This document shows positions 10,618 to 22,749 of a DNA stretch of 64,000 nucleotides, piece after piece. The notes beneath the pieces were generated by a model, which did not search any database, was not told the DNA's origin, and saw only the letters and a program-made list of their open reading frames with translations. Each line of letters starts with the position of its first letter. The stretch's first letter is position 1. Source of the DNA: Basidiobolus meristosporus CBS 931.73 (lineage: Eukaryota > Fungi > Basidiobolomycota); NCBI GenBank assembly GCA_002104905.1, contig MCFE01000036.1:141584-205583 (forward strand), written 5' to 3'. The position numbers were made by a program, and so were the translations under genes.

Positions 10618-11021
10618 TCAATACTCCTCGTCCTCGTCTTCGTCATAGCGCTTACGAGGCCGGCGGTCAACGGGCGAGCCGGAGGCCTCACGTTCGTTGG
10701 TCTCTTGGTTAATCTTGTCACAAGCGTCAATCCACTCGCTGTAAACGTCAATGGGCTCACTCAGGTAGTTGATCATGCACTGGAAGCTTGCCGAGCAGAT
10801 ACGGCAGCTAAGGTGGCCTATCTTACTATCCTTCTCACTACATGGAAACAATATGGAGGCTTGGTCAACGAAAAGGTGGAAACTTGTATATAGTGGGTGG
10901 GCTTCTCTTACAGTCGACAGGATATAGACTTCTCGTGGTTGCAAAACAGGCAGTTGAACGTGGTGTCCAGTACGACTTTTCTCTTCGCCGGGGCTTTACT
11001 GCTGGATTTACGCTTCCCCAT
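10618..11021 (-). CDS. ELF1: Transcription elongation factor Elf1/ELOF1 (2 exons; intron 10838-10911)
   Basis: The spliced product [51 protein letters not shown]...[15 protein letters not shown] has the Elf1 zinc ribbon. Confidence 0.95.
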
Positions 11022-11279
11022 TTCCTATTGAATGTAAGTCACAACGGGCTAGACTAACCACCGGTGGACTAAAACCCAATCGGCCACCCCCTGTCTTTTT
11101 ATACGCCTGGCCTGCATTGTCAAAGGCATATTCTTCAAAAGTAGGTTATTTGTTGTATTTAATGGGCCCGAGCCACGTGACAGGGAGGGAAAATCCTGCC
11201 CCCCTCCCCACTTATTCGTTGGATCAATGAAAGATCGAATGGCAGCTTGATTCAGCCCCGTCTACCTGACCGAAACTCG

Positions 11280-13777
11280 ATGAATAATAGAAAGCAGACA
11301 AGACGTCTGGATCCAGTGAAGGAAAACCAGATCAGAGAGGACGAGCTCCTCGCGCTGGAGTTGCAGGTTTGAGGTGGATCAACCACCGAGCTTTAGTTGA
11401 AAACCGGGGAAGTGGACTCAGACGTAACCGCAAGTTTTCTCCCCACCTCACTGTAGAAACAATTCGATCTCGAAGAGCGTGAATATTTGGCGAGAACCGG
11501 AGGCCCAACCATTCCCCCCTCCGTCTATTCTGAAAAAAACTCCCCCTCGACCTCACGAGCCCCTCTCGGCTCAGAGGCCAACTCCTCCACCTTATTTAGT
11601 CTTCTCCAGGTCCAGGATGCACCTGCTGAACAAAATAGAGGGCGGATTAGTTTAGAGCAGTTACTGCAGGTGTTTGGTTGTTTTTGAGCTGGTATTAACT
11701 CCAAACTTCAAGAGGCTAACTCTGTTGTTTCAAAGGGAGGTTTGAAGGCCAGTGTGCAGTTTAATTACCTGGTAGACGTTGACTGGTTCATGTCAAAACT
11801 ACCGGCAAACAACCGGGAGATCCCAATTCTTTTTGTCCACGGGATGTCGGGAGCCAATTCAGGCGTTTTAATGGTAGTTGGCTTGTTACGAAAGTTTGGC
11901 CGGGCGGTTTTTCTAAGCGAAGGGTTCCCTAATCTGATTATTTCGCACCCGCTTAGGAACAAGTGCGGCGTTATAGCAACCTCAAAACACACCTACCTCA
12001 ATTGCCACCCTATGGAACCCACCACAGTAAGGTTGTGAACAACCCTTGATTTCTCTGGAAACCAGCTACTCAACCAGAGCCCAGGTCATGATCCTGTTTT
12101 ATGAGGAGCATGTGAGAATCGTGATCCACACCGCGAACTTGGTTCCTCAGGATTGGAGGTAGGTGGATTCCCGCTAGGAGGAGTTGATTCGAGTGATTGA
12201 TCTTGCTCGCCTTCGCTTTAGAAACAAAACCCAGGCGGCCTACGTGAGGTAAACGAACCGAAGCATCATACAAACTTGGCCGGACCCACCATAACCTCTC
12301 AACTAGCCCGCTGCTACAGAAGAAAACGGACATCGGACGATCCACCGTGTTCGAGCGAGATTTTTTGAGCTATCTGGCTGCTTATGGGAATATCCTGAAC
12401 AGCACTCGCGACAAACTCTCGAAATACGACTTTTCCCCGTGCAAGGTTAGCAACTCCGGAGTGCGTCAGGCGGACGAATGTTCTAATGGTTTGTGGGGGG
12501 CGTTGCTAGGGCACCATCATCGGCTCCGTTCCCGGACGACACGCCGGCACCGAGCTGCATAAATGGGGCCATATGAGGGTCCGAGAAATCTTATCCACGA
12601 TGGCACTGGGAAAGCAATTTCAATCGAGCAGCCTGATACTTCAAGTAGGTCCATTCCGCACCCCACCCCACCATCGGGACAACGCAGGAGTAAGCTGAAC
12701 CCCGACAGTTTTCGAGCATTGGCTCGCTAGGGAAAACGCCAGATTGGCTGACCAAAGAACTCGGCGAGAGCTTCTCCAGATACCAGCCGGATGACCAGCC
12801 TAATCAGAGCAAAAGAAGAAAGATGGAAGAGCGTAGCATCCGAGCTGATCAATTCACCCCGCCGGACATTAAATTGATTTTCCCTACTGTCGAGGAAGTC
12901 AGGAACAGGTAGGGACTGGCGGGACTGGCGGAAGAGGTGGACACTGGCTTACTTCTCCATTCCATAGTTTCGAAGGATATGCCGCTGGAGGGTCCATTCC
13001 TTATGACCTCAAGAATTTCCTGAACCAGCAGCACTATTTGCAGAAGCACATGTGCCATTGGAAGGCTAACGACCAAGGCTTGAACCGGGCAATGCCACAT
13101 ATCAAGGTGGGTAGTCCTTGACCAGCCTCTCTGACGAATCGGAATCCCACATCTCCCAATCCTTTAGACGTATGCTCGAGTCACGGACAGCGGAGAGGAG
13201 CTTGCGTGGTGTATGGTCACCTCCTCAAATCTTTCGAAAGCGGCTTGGTAGTTGACGTGGCCTGATATCACAATGGCATTGCTTCCTAATCCCGATCCAT
13301 CCACTTCCAGGGGAGCCCTCGAAAAGAAATCCACGGCCAACCCTCAGCTCCACATTCGCTCTTTCGAGCTGGGAGTGCTGTTTTCCCCGCAGAGTGTTGA
13401 GGTTTCTAGCCACCCCAAATGAATCAGTACGGCATAGGTTCTTACGTTCCATTCTAGCCCGAGAGTGGTGCCGAGATCTGCTTAACCCCCAAAAAGCGCC
13501 TCATGGACAAAGCCTCGGGAATCCAGCGATACTGGTGTCCTTTGCCGTACGATTTGCCGCCTTCGCCATACAGCACATCAGGTATGTTCGGCCACCTTGC
13601 ACCAAGCTACGGAAACCATGCTCACACGGTTTACATGGGGATCATCAACACAGATAAGCCTTGGGTACGTGAGTTCATAGCAGCAGCACACATGGCGCAT
13701 TAGCTAATCATGCCTTGTAGGTGTGGAACGACAAATATCCAGAAAGCGATTTATTTGGACGAACCTGGCCGCATTAG
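11280..13777 (+). CDS. TDP1: Tyrosyl-DNA phosphodiesterase 1 (multi-exon)
   Basis: Exon pieces QFNYLVDVDW, GTHHSK-VMILFYEEHVRIVIHTANL, FPTVEEVRN, AMPHIK, VTSSNLSKAAW, IRSFELGVL and PYDLPPSPY, including both HxK motifs. The ends are inferred from splice signals. Confidence 0.92.
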
Positions 13778-14306
13778 TATCTATCTCGTACAGCAATCCC
13801 GAACAGCAGACAGTACATCTCGCCTAGGATACACGGAAATAAACAGTTGAAATGGGATTTGTTTGGCAATTAGCAGTTGAAATGGGATTTGTTTGGCATC
13901 CAATGCAGATTGTATAAATTGACCAATGTTACAAAAGCCAATGGTATAATCAAACTCATCAATCATCGTACATTGGAGTTGGTCAGGAGAACAGTTATGC
14001 CAGTGAGTTCCCAGGATTCCCAGAATGCCCTCAATTCCCTTAATTCCCTTAATTATGATTGAACAGCAGGGGTATTCACGCCTAAATTCTAGCTTGCGAT
14101 GGCCGCTGGGCGAGATTGGCTAGACGCGACCGATTGTAATCCAGAGTGGTGATAGGAACAATTTATCCTAGGGGTGAGCGCAACCTATACTGCAACTCCT
14201 CCCCCAATGGTTTATTACTCATACCCATATTAATCATCACCGCACCACTCTAAATCCTTCTTTTTCCTTCCTAAGCCGTCCTTCCCCCGTTTACCGTACA
14301 TTCCCG

Positions 14307-15097
<791 letters not shown>

Positions 15098-15357
15098 GGC
15101 GCCGCCTGGCCATCTTTGTCCGATCGATCTTCCACATCGCATCCCCCCTTTTTGCTTGGACTTCCACCGCTACTGTTTAAATACTTTCTAATTTATTTCT
15201 TAATTCTCACTGGCAATTCTAATAAACGTCCGTCAACTGGAGACTGCGGGGGTATTCGGGCGCTGGTCCCAACGTATTTATTCCTATCCACATTCAATCA
15301 TGCATTCTAAGCCAACGAAATTTATTAACAGGGCCATTCCGGTCTTGAATTCGAAAA

Positions 15358-15840
15358 CTAGATCAAGGTCTCGTAAGCGATGGGGTAGATGGTGGTGGGA
15401 GCGTTGTCCTTGGTGGAGACGTGGCGAGCGTCACGGGGTTGGGCGGGAAGACGCTTGAGATGAATGGTTTGGCCGGAGGCCTTGGCGTCCTTCTTCTTTT
15501 GGGCGTTTTCCTTGACACGACGCAAGAAATCGTCACGGCACTTGGAGTGCTTGATGTGCTCCACACGGATGTTCACACGCTTCTCCATGTAGCGGTTACC
15601 GACACGCTTGTTCACGATGACTCCGACGGAGGTCTTGGTGACGTTGTAGACGATACCGGTTCTGCCGTGGTAGAACTTGTGGGGCATGCCCTTCTGGATG
15701 GAGGCGTTGGCCTTGATGTCGACAATGTCTCCGACCTTGTAGGTCTTCAAGTAGGTGGACAGCTTGACGGGGCCATGTTCACGGAATTTCTGAGAGAACA
15801 GGTGGCGGGTACGAGCACGATAACCGAAGGAGTGGGGCAT
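15358..15840 (-). CDS. RPL21: 60S ribosomal protein eL21
   Basis: MPHSFGYRARTRHLFSQKFR...GMPHKFYHGRTG; uninterrupted 160-aa ORF with strong codon bias. Confidence 0.98.
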   Translation of the reverse strand: MPHSFGYRARTRHLFSQKFREHGPVKLSTYLKTYKVGDIVDIKANASIQKGMPHKFYHGRTGIVYNVTKTSVGVIVNKRVGNRYMEKRVNIRVEHIKHSKCRDDFLRRVKENAQKKKDAKASGQTIHLKRLPAQPRDARHVSTKDNAPTTIYPIAYETLI

Positions 15841-16201
15841 TGTTCACTAAAATAGAGACAAGAACTGGTTGAGTGAATGTGCCACCAAGTCTACACTACG
15901 CTAACTACCCCGCCCAACCACAGCTGATAAGTACCTGACACTGGTTTCTACCTTTAAAGCGCGTGAAGGAGAAAAGGAGGGATCCCGATTTTGCTATGTC
16001 CATAGTTTTGTCGATTCTTTGGGCCGAAAAAAAATTCAAGATCTCACAGGGGTCCTTCCCGCGCAGATGATCCACTGATTATTGGGCAGGACAAGGGTGC
16101 TCCAAGGTTTTTTTTTCAAACAAGTCACCGTCACTTAAAAATGTGGACTTTGGTTTATGATGCCGCCTTTTCCCTTGGTCGGACTTAAGTAACGGCACAT
16201 C

Positions 16202-16988
16202 ATGGCTCCCCCAAGAAACTGTATTCAGCATGAACAGGAATAGGATGATTTCAAGCGGTTGCGGTTGGAAATTCCCTTTTATTTTTTTTTTCGTTTTTTC
16301 CTCACAGCGACCTGTTCTTATGAAGAGATACTTAGCATATTCTCTGGGCATGAACGAATAAGACAGTCTAGCTAAACGTTACCGGAAAGTTCCTGCTCGG
16401 TATGAGGCACTGGACTTTACCGAATTGTTCTATTTTCTAGGCTCCAAGACCTACAAGGTTCCCAGACGTCCTTTCGAGAAGGAACGTATTGACCAAGAGT
16501 TGAAGATCATTGGTGAGTACGGTCTCCGTAACAAGCGCGAGATTTGGAGAATCGGATACACCTTGTCCAACATTCGTCGTGCCGCTCGTGAGCTCCTCAC
16601 TTTGGATCCCAAGGACACCCGTCGTCTCTTCGAAGGTAACGCCCTTATCCGTCGTCTCATCCGCATCGGTGTCTTGGACGAGTCCAAGGCCAAGCTCGAT
16701 TACGTCTTGGGTTTGAAGGTCGAAGATTTCTTGGAACGTCGTCTTCAAACCCAAGTCTTCAAGCTTGGTTTGGCCAAATCCATCCACCACGCCCGTGTCC
16801 TCATCAAGCAAAGACACATCCGTGTTGGTAAGCAAGTCGTCGACATTCCCTCCTTCGTTGTCCGTTTGGAATCCCAGAAGCACATCGACTTCGCTTTGAC
16901 CTCTCCTTATGGTGGTGGTCGCCCTGGCCGCGTCAAGAGAAAGAGAATGGCTTCCGCCGGTGGTGACGCCGAGGAAGATGAGGAATAA
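16202..16988 (+). CDS. RPS9: 40S ribosomal protein uS4/S9 (exon 1 16202-16220, intron 16221-16440)
   Basis: The spliced product reads [40 protein letters not shown]...[16 protein letters not shown]. Confidence 0.97.
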
Positions 16989-17448
16989 CTTCAGCAACCT
17001 TCTGTTCTATTTCACGAACCCTCTGTCTCAATAAAAGACATGATGAATTAATCTTTTAATCAACATTCTTGTGGCTGCCTAATTTGTTGACTAAAGTTTG
17101 TTAATCGGCCCATCGTTGCCGGATCATGAGGAATGTTTACATATGCAGCCGCATCCAATGGGCATGATTGCCCTCGGTATCTCATGGAAGAGAATTGCCG
17201 AATCCCATTGATCACCACAGCCATGATTGGGCATGGGAATGCAGAAAGGCTCTTTTTAATTCCCTGGAGCCGATTTGATTAGTCCATAGCACCAGGCAAT
17301 ATATGATAGAAATCTCCTTACACATGCCCATTTTCCCACCGATCGCTCCCCCATTTTTTTCAATTCATAATAAACCTGCATTCAACGGACTGGCATTTCC
17401 CAAAGCTCCCTTCTCTGTCTCCTTTCCTGCCGTCATCAAACTCACAGT

Positions 17449-17649
17449 ATGTCCTCCCTGACCGAAAAGCTCTCCCTGAAGTACTACCAGTACGAACTAG
17501 TCACCGCCCTTTACATGTTGGAGCCATGGGAGAAGGCCTGCTTCAACACTATCGTCGTTTTGGGCTTCTTGCTTACCCTCTACACCACCGTCATCTACGT
17601 TCCTGAGTACGCCTCCTCCGCTCTTACCAAGATCTCCGCATACTATTAA
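17449..17649 (+). CDS. Serine palmitoyltransferase small subunit (ssSPT/SPTSS family, 66 aa)
   Basis: YYQYELVTALYMLEPWEKACFN followed by a TM segment matches the SPTSSA/B family signature (Y..LVT.LYMLEPWE). Confidence 0.88.
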   Translation: MSSLTEKLSLKYYQYELVTALYMLEPWEKACFNTIVVLGFLLTLYTTVIYVPEYASSALTKISAYY

Positions 17650-17922
17650 AAAGTATGTCTGAAGCCGAACAACCGTATAGCAAGCTAGAACCCCGGAAGT
17701 TTACTACGCTAGTTTATTTCATAATACCTTCGTTAATAGAACCTTGACCCGTATCAACCTCTATCTTTATGATATTTGTACTTTAATACTTTCCTTTGTA
17801 GTAAACTAACTCAACTCATAATTAAATATTTGGTGAACCACAGTAGTCAACCGGTTCTTTTCCCCTTTTCTTCTCTAGAGCGGGGGCCATGTTCAAGTCG
17901 AGAGAGTTCCTCGCCAGTCCGT

Positions 17923-20676
17923 TCAGCTCTTCTTGAAGACCGAGCCAAGTAACGTCTTGAACGAGTCGAATTGTCGCGGTTGGATGTATTTAGGCAGGGT
18001 GAAGTAGAACGAGCAACCCTCCTGCGTCTCGGGTCGGACGAAGCGTAGATTCTCCAACATGAAACCTTTCATACATTTAAGGATCAACTCCGCCCTCTTG
18101 ATCACCAGATTCTCCGGGAACAACCCGAGCTCGAGGTTTTCCGTCAGCAATAGCATCGGCAGTTGGAGGGTGTTCACATCGTACCGTTGACATGTCTTGA
18201 GAACGTTTCGAAGCCCGGTGATGAGCGGCGATCGTTGTGTGAGATTGATGTCTTTCGCCTCTGGGAGCTATGAGTTATGGAGATGTAATGGGATGTGGGA
18301 CGAAGGCTTGTTCGCAAGTCACATAAAAAGATACGTTCAGGCCCAACGAACAAATGGAATACCAGATGAATCATGGGAAGGTTGGAATGCCGGGTGATGA
18401 AAAAGTCGCCTGTAGCAAGGTCACAGCGTTAGGACCAATACAGAGAGAGACCGACGTGATGCGTACCTGGCTGTGGCAAGTTGGGCTCCTGGAAGTCCTC
18501 TTCTATCGTTTTCATCTGGCCTTCAACATCCTCGAAATGGAACTCGGTTGTTTGCCGGCATTTGCGGAAAAATGCTGAGATATTATGGGCCCGGTTAGCA
18601 AGGCGTAGGGTTTGAATGGAGCCAGGAAGGTTGGCTACCTTGGTTTGCGGACTTTCCCTTGATGTATTTCGGCCAGTCTTTAAGCTCCAACAGAAGCAGC
18701 GAGGCAGAGAGATTCTCTGAATAGAGCGATGTGGTGGTTTGCGCATGTATCTCTTGGTTATGCTCGGCCTCGGCTCCAGTTTGCATGGTGCTTTCCAAAT
18801 CTGCTACCTGGAGTCTCAAGTTGTATCTGGATTTGACGTGAGTTCCAAGTGAAATGGTCAGATTCTCAACGAGCTCCGTCTCTTTAGTCAACCGACGCCT
18901 AAGAAGTGAAGAGAATGTAAGCACACCTTCGCCACAAACAGTCACACATGTAAAGCAGCCAACTCTGAGTCGTTTTCATCGAATTTAAGGTTCTCCATCG
19001 CTTTCCCCAGCCAGCCGCCCAGTTTCCGCATGGATGGATTGGAGTTGGATGACAGCTGGGCCTGACGCTGGTTTAAAAATGACATCGGGGACCAGGATTT
19101 GGTTTGTTTCGAGAACGACTCGTTGCTGTTCACTCGACCGAAAAGCTTTTTACGGGACGGGTCAGCGCCACGATAGGAAGAGTCGTGCTCTTGCTTCCTG
19201 CTTTGAATCAGTTTCTTTTCGTGAAGTTTCACTTCGATGGCTTGGGGGTTTTCCAGCAGCAGCATGACTGCTTGTTCCTGTTGTGTTGATGCAGCTAAGG
19301 TCAGATCAATGGTCAGCAGCAGTAACTTCACAGTTGAACGTACAGTGTTTCTATTGGTGATTTCTAAGGCGCATGCCGCTTGGTCTCGACTGAAGCCCAT
19401 TTCCTGAAGTTCCGCAATCGTTCTGTCAAGGGCAGGGTCTTCTGGCTATAGTTCAGGGTTAGTCAACGTGCCAGAGTCTTATACGAGTGGGCTTTACAAA
19501 CCGGTGGGGCGTTTGTGGTTTCGGCGGTTGGCATGAGGCTAGCTAGCTCCTGTGTTGGATGAGGGTATCTCTCGGTAAATTCCAGAAACGTGGCGTCCAA
19601 AATAGACTTGTCCACATGATCCTCTGCTCTCAATTGATGGTTTTCATACTCGGCCAGCTTTTCTTGGTGCTTGCTGTAGAGGATACGTACGAAATTGGTG
19701 AATTCCTGGCGCTGGCTGGCCTTGGTCTCCTCTAGTGTGCTGCCCCAGGTAGCCTGGGCCACCTCCATTTCCTACAGAAATAAAATGAGCATTATCTCTG
19801 TGTAAACGCGCGAGCTTGACTAGCCTACCTCGACATGTCTTGACACTAGGTTGGTGAAGTCCTGCTCGTAGTTACCGCGTTCCACTGCTCGTTCCATCCG
19901 TATTGCATGTCTGTCAACAACAGACACATGTTTAATGAGGGGCCACTTGTCAATAAATCGAGTATGTGTCTACCTGTCTTGGATTTCCGTTAGATTTCTT
20001 TCCATCTGTTTGTGTATATCCCGCATCTTCTTTGCATACTTCTTTTCCAATTCCAATAAATACGAATACACAGTAGAGAACGGGGAGAGCACCAAGGCCT
20101 GATACGCTTTCGGAAAACTATCCTGGATGATCACATATCAATGCACATTAACGATTCCCATGATCGTCACAAGTACAAGGGCATGAAAATGGCGTGTACC
20201 TCCTCATGTTGCTTGGCAAAATTCGAGGTAAACTCTTCGTAGGAGAGCGTTAGCGCTTCAGAGGTTGCTTCAGACTCTAATTGTGACACGTCGAAAACCA
20301 GTAAGTATGCATTCGAGGGAAAGAATAGTACTGGTTGCAGACGGACGAAATCTCAGCCCGAACCTCCCTTGAAATACCTACCAGCCTTGGTTAGCCCTTC
20401 GAGATGAGCGTCCATTTTTAATTGGAGTAATGATAGGACCGTTGATAGTATGTGATGCTCAAGATAAACCGGTAATTTATGCTCCCTCATGAATCTCCTC
20501 ACTACATCTAGGAAAAGCTGTCCCTTTAACATATGCAGAGTACATTTGGTGGGCACATTTTCTAGGCTGGTTCTCTCGTCGGATTCTTCGCTGGTATTCT
20601 GGACGGATTGAGGTAATGTGAACGTGAGTGTGGCGGTTAGATCGCAAGGAGCCTTTATTAGTGACGAGCTCCACAT
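17923..20676 (-). CDS. C12orf4/FERRY3 (DUF2362)-like protein with an internal UBA-like domain (multi-exon)
   Basis: CRQTTEFHFEDVEGQM, HLVFHL, GLRNVLKTCQRYDVNTLQLPMLL and KRAELILKCMKGFMLE recall C12orf4. MGFSRDQAACALEITN...QAVMLLLENP is UBA-like. Confidence 0.72.
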
Positions 20677-20907
20677 TACAATATCCTACTGACTAGAGAA
20701 GTAAAAGATGTATGAATGGAAGGTTGGTGGTGGTGGAATAGTGATGATGGATCCAAATGAGGATGCACTCCGATTTTGGTAAAATTGTTTGTATAAATGC
20801 ACCAATATCGATCCAAGTACCCCAGGATCTCAACTACCAGATGTTTATTATTCGGTTTGGTATATGGAGGTGGTAGGTGAACGGTGTACGGTGGGTGAGA
20901 GCGCCAT

Positions 20908-22431
20908 CTATACTGGCTTCTCGTCTGGTTTGATACCAAAGTGCTTCACCTGTTTGACGTGCTTCAGAACGAAGCTGACCGGAGAGTCGGTAGATTCCTT
21001 CAGGTGTTGGTAAAGCTGCAGAGGCTTTTCCTCTGGGGTCAAGGCTCTCTCTGTGAGAAATCTTTAGCACATGCGCCAACAAACCATCAAGTGAAACAAT
21101 TACCGGAATTCCCAAAGCAAACAACCAGGCAGTAATTCTTCCACTCATCGTGGATCTTGTATTTCTTCAGTGCGCCAGCAATCACCTTCCGGCATGGATC
21201 GTCTAGTGAAATCCTGAAGCTCTTGTAGGCTTCATTTGCACGGTCCAGCATTTTGTCGCTGTAAACTCGAATCGCCCCCTCACCTGCGCTCTCCGTGTTG
21301 TGTGGGCTGTGCCCGGAGGGGTACATATTGTGCTAAGATTGGGTCAGTCAGTGCATTGAGGTCTGGGAAATAGATTCACTCACCACCGATCCGTTATCGC
21401 TGAGTGATGGTCGAGATTGGGTGTGTCCGAGGTGACTCCCAGAACAATGGCTCTCACAGGGTGAAGACGGGGAGGGTGGAGTGTGAGATGAGTCTACATA
21501 GGCTCGCTGAGTACAATGCTTGGAGCCAGGGGAAATGCTCGTATTGTTCTTGTGATTCGAACCACCTAGGAATTTGGTGATGATCGGTGCCGGCCGTCTT
21601 TGTGACGTATTTTCCTCCTAGTATATCAAATGTTAGAGCTGGTTCGAACCTGACAACAGTTCCAAGCAACCTTCTCTGGTTGGACCAGCTTCCACACTGG
21701 CCTTAGCTCCTCCCTTAACGTGGACAGATCGCTAGTTAGCCGACCGATTTCCTGCTGTAAGCTTTGTATTAACAAGTCTATGCAACTGGGTTACTAAAGC
21801 GGAATTATACAATGGTAGCAAAACTCTCCCTACCCCGGTCTTTGAGTGCGGCGTGGAATTTTCGATATTCCTCCGAATAGTTGCCTCCCTCATCGTCCTG
21901 GTGTCGGAGTAAGAGAATGGATTTAGCGAAATTAGCCGCATTCTATGGGTGTTCGTTGACGCGTTGGTCCGCAAAATATCACTCTTGTCCCTACCAGGTC
22001 ATGTTCTACAGCTTGGTTTTCAACGAACGATAAGGAGAAAAAAGGGAATTAGATTCTACGAATCGACACCATAGAAGCTCGTCTAGACAGCTTACAAGGG
22101 GGTATGTAATCATCCGGCTCTATAGGGATTTGGTGCTCCGTCTTCAGGTGATAAATAGCTTTCAGCAATTGTAGTCGCTTCCCTACGGAACGTATAGAGA
22201 GTTCCTTCAATGCATCGTGGTCAAGATGTAAAAGAACAGAGCCGGTGATCAGATTATCTGAGGGTATTCAGAAGCACGAGAAGTAAGTCTGGTATGTACA
22301 GAGGGAAACGCAATAGGAGCAAGCTAATCGGAGAAATGATTACCTCGAAAGGGGCTCTCGTATGCTTCGTAACCCATTGTTCTCAACCATTCACATACTT
22401 CCTGGACTCCCCAGTTGGTCACATGATCCAT
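20908..22431 (-). CDS. STE50: Ste50-like MAPK adaptor (N-terminal SAM, C-terminal Ras-association domain; multi-exon)
   Basis: SAM: MDHVTNWGVQEVCEWL...DNLITGSVLLHLDHDALKELSIRSVGKRLQLLKAIY. RA: YKSFRISLDDPCRKVIAGALKKYKIHDEWKNYCLVVCFG-ERALTPEEKPLQLY. Confidence 0.88.
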
Positions 22432-22749
22432 ACTTGTACTTCCGCCGCTAGCGACCCGGTATTCTATATACTATATTATCTTCGTGCTGTACAAGACCTC
22501 CTCAAGAGAACTACGTAGCCACGATGTTCACCCAAGAGAAGAAGGTTTCAAGTTCGAGAACGCACCCAGTACCAGAGTAAAAATCGACACCCCTCCAACA
22601 CAATAAATTACGATATAATCACGATTTATTCAGGATCGCAGTGGGATCGCAGTGGGATCGCCTCTAGGCAGCAATCACAGAAATACACTCGACCGGCACG
22701 AATGGAAGTTGGATGAATGTATTAAGAAATATTACAATGTCTACATGAA

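Noticed and set aside
10618-13777. ELF1-TDP1 divergent pair as a transcription-coupled repair module
   Set aside because: Short divergent promoters are the norm in this island, and nothing in the sequence supports a functional link.
13844-13898. 25-bp direct repeat with 30-bp period (similar short repeats near 22635, 37520, 41401 and 52065) as a CRISPR-like array
   Set aside because: There are only 2-3 copies with no spacers, in a eukaryotic context; these are ordinary slippage repeats.
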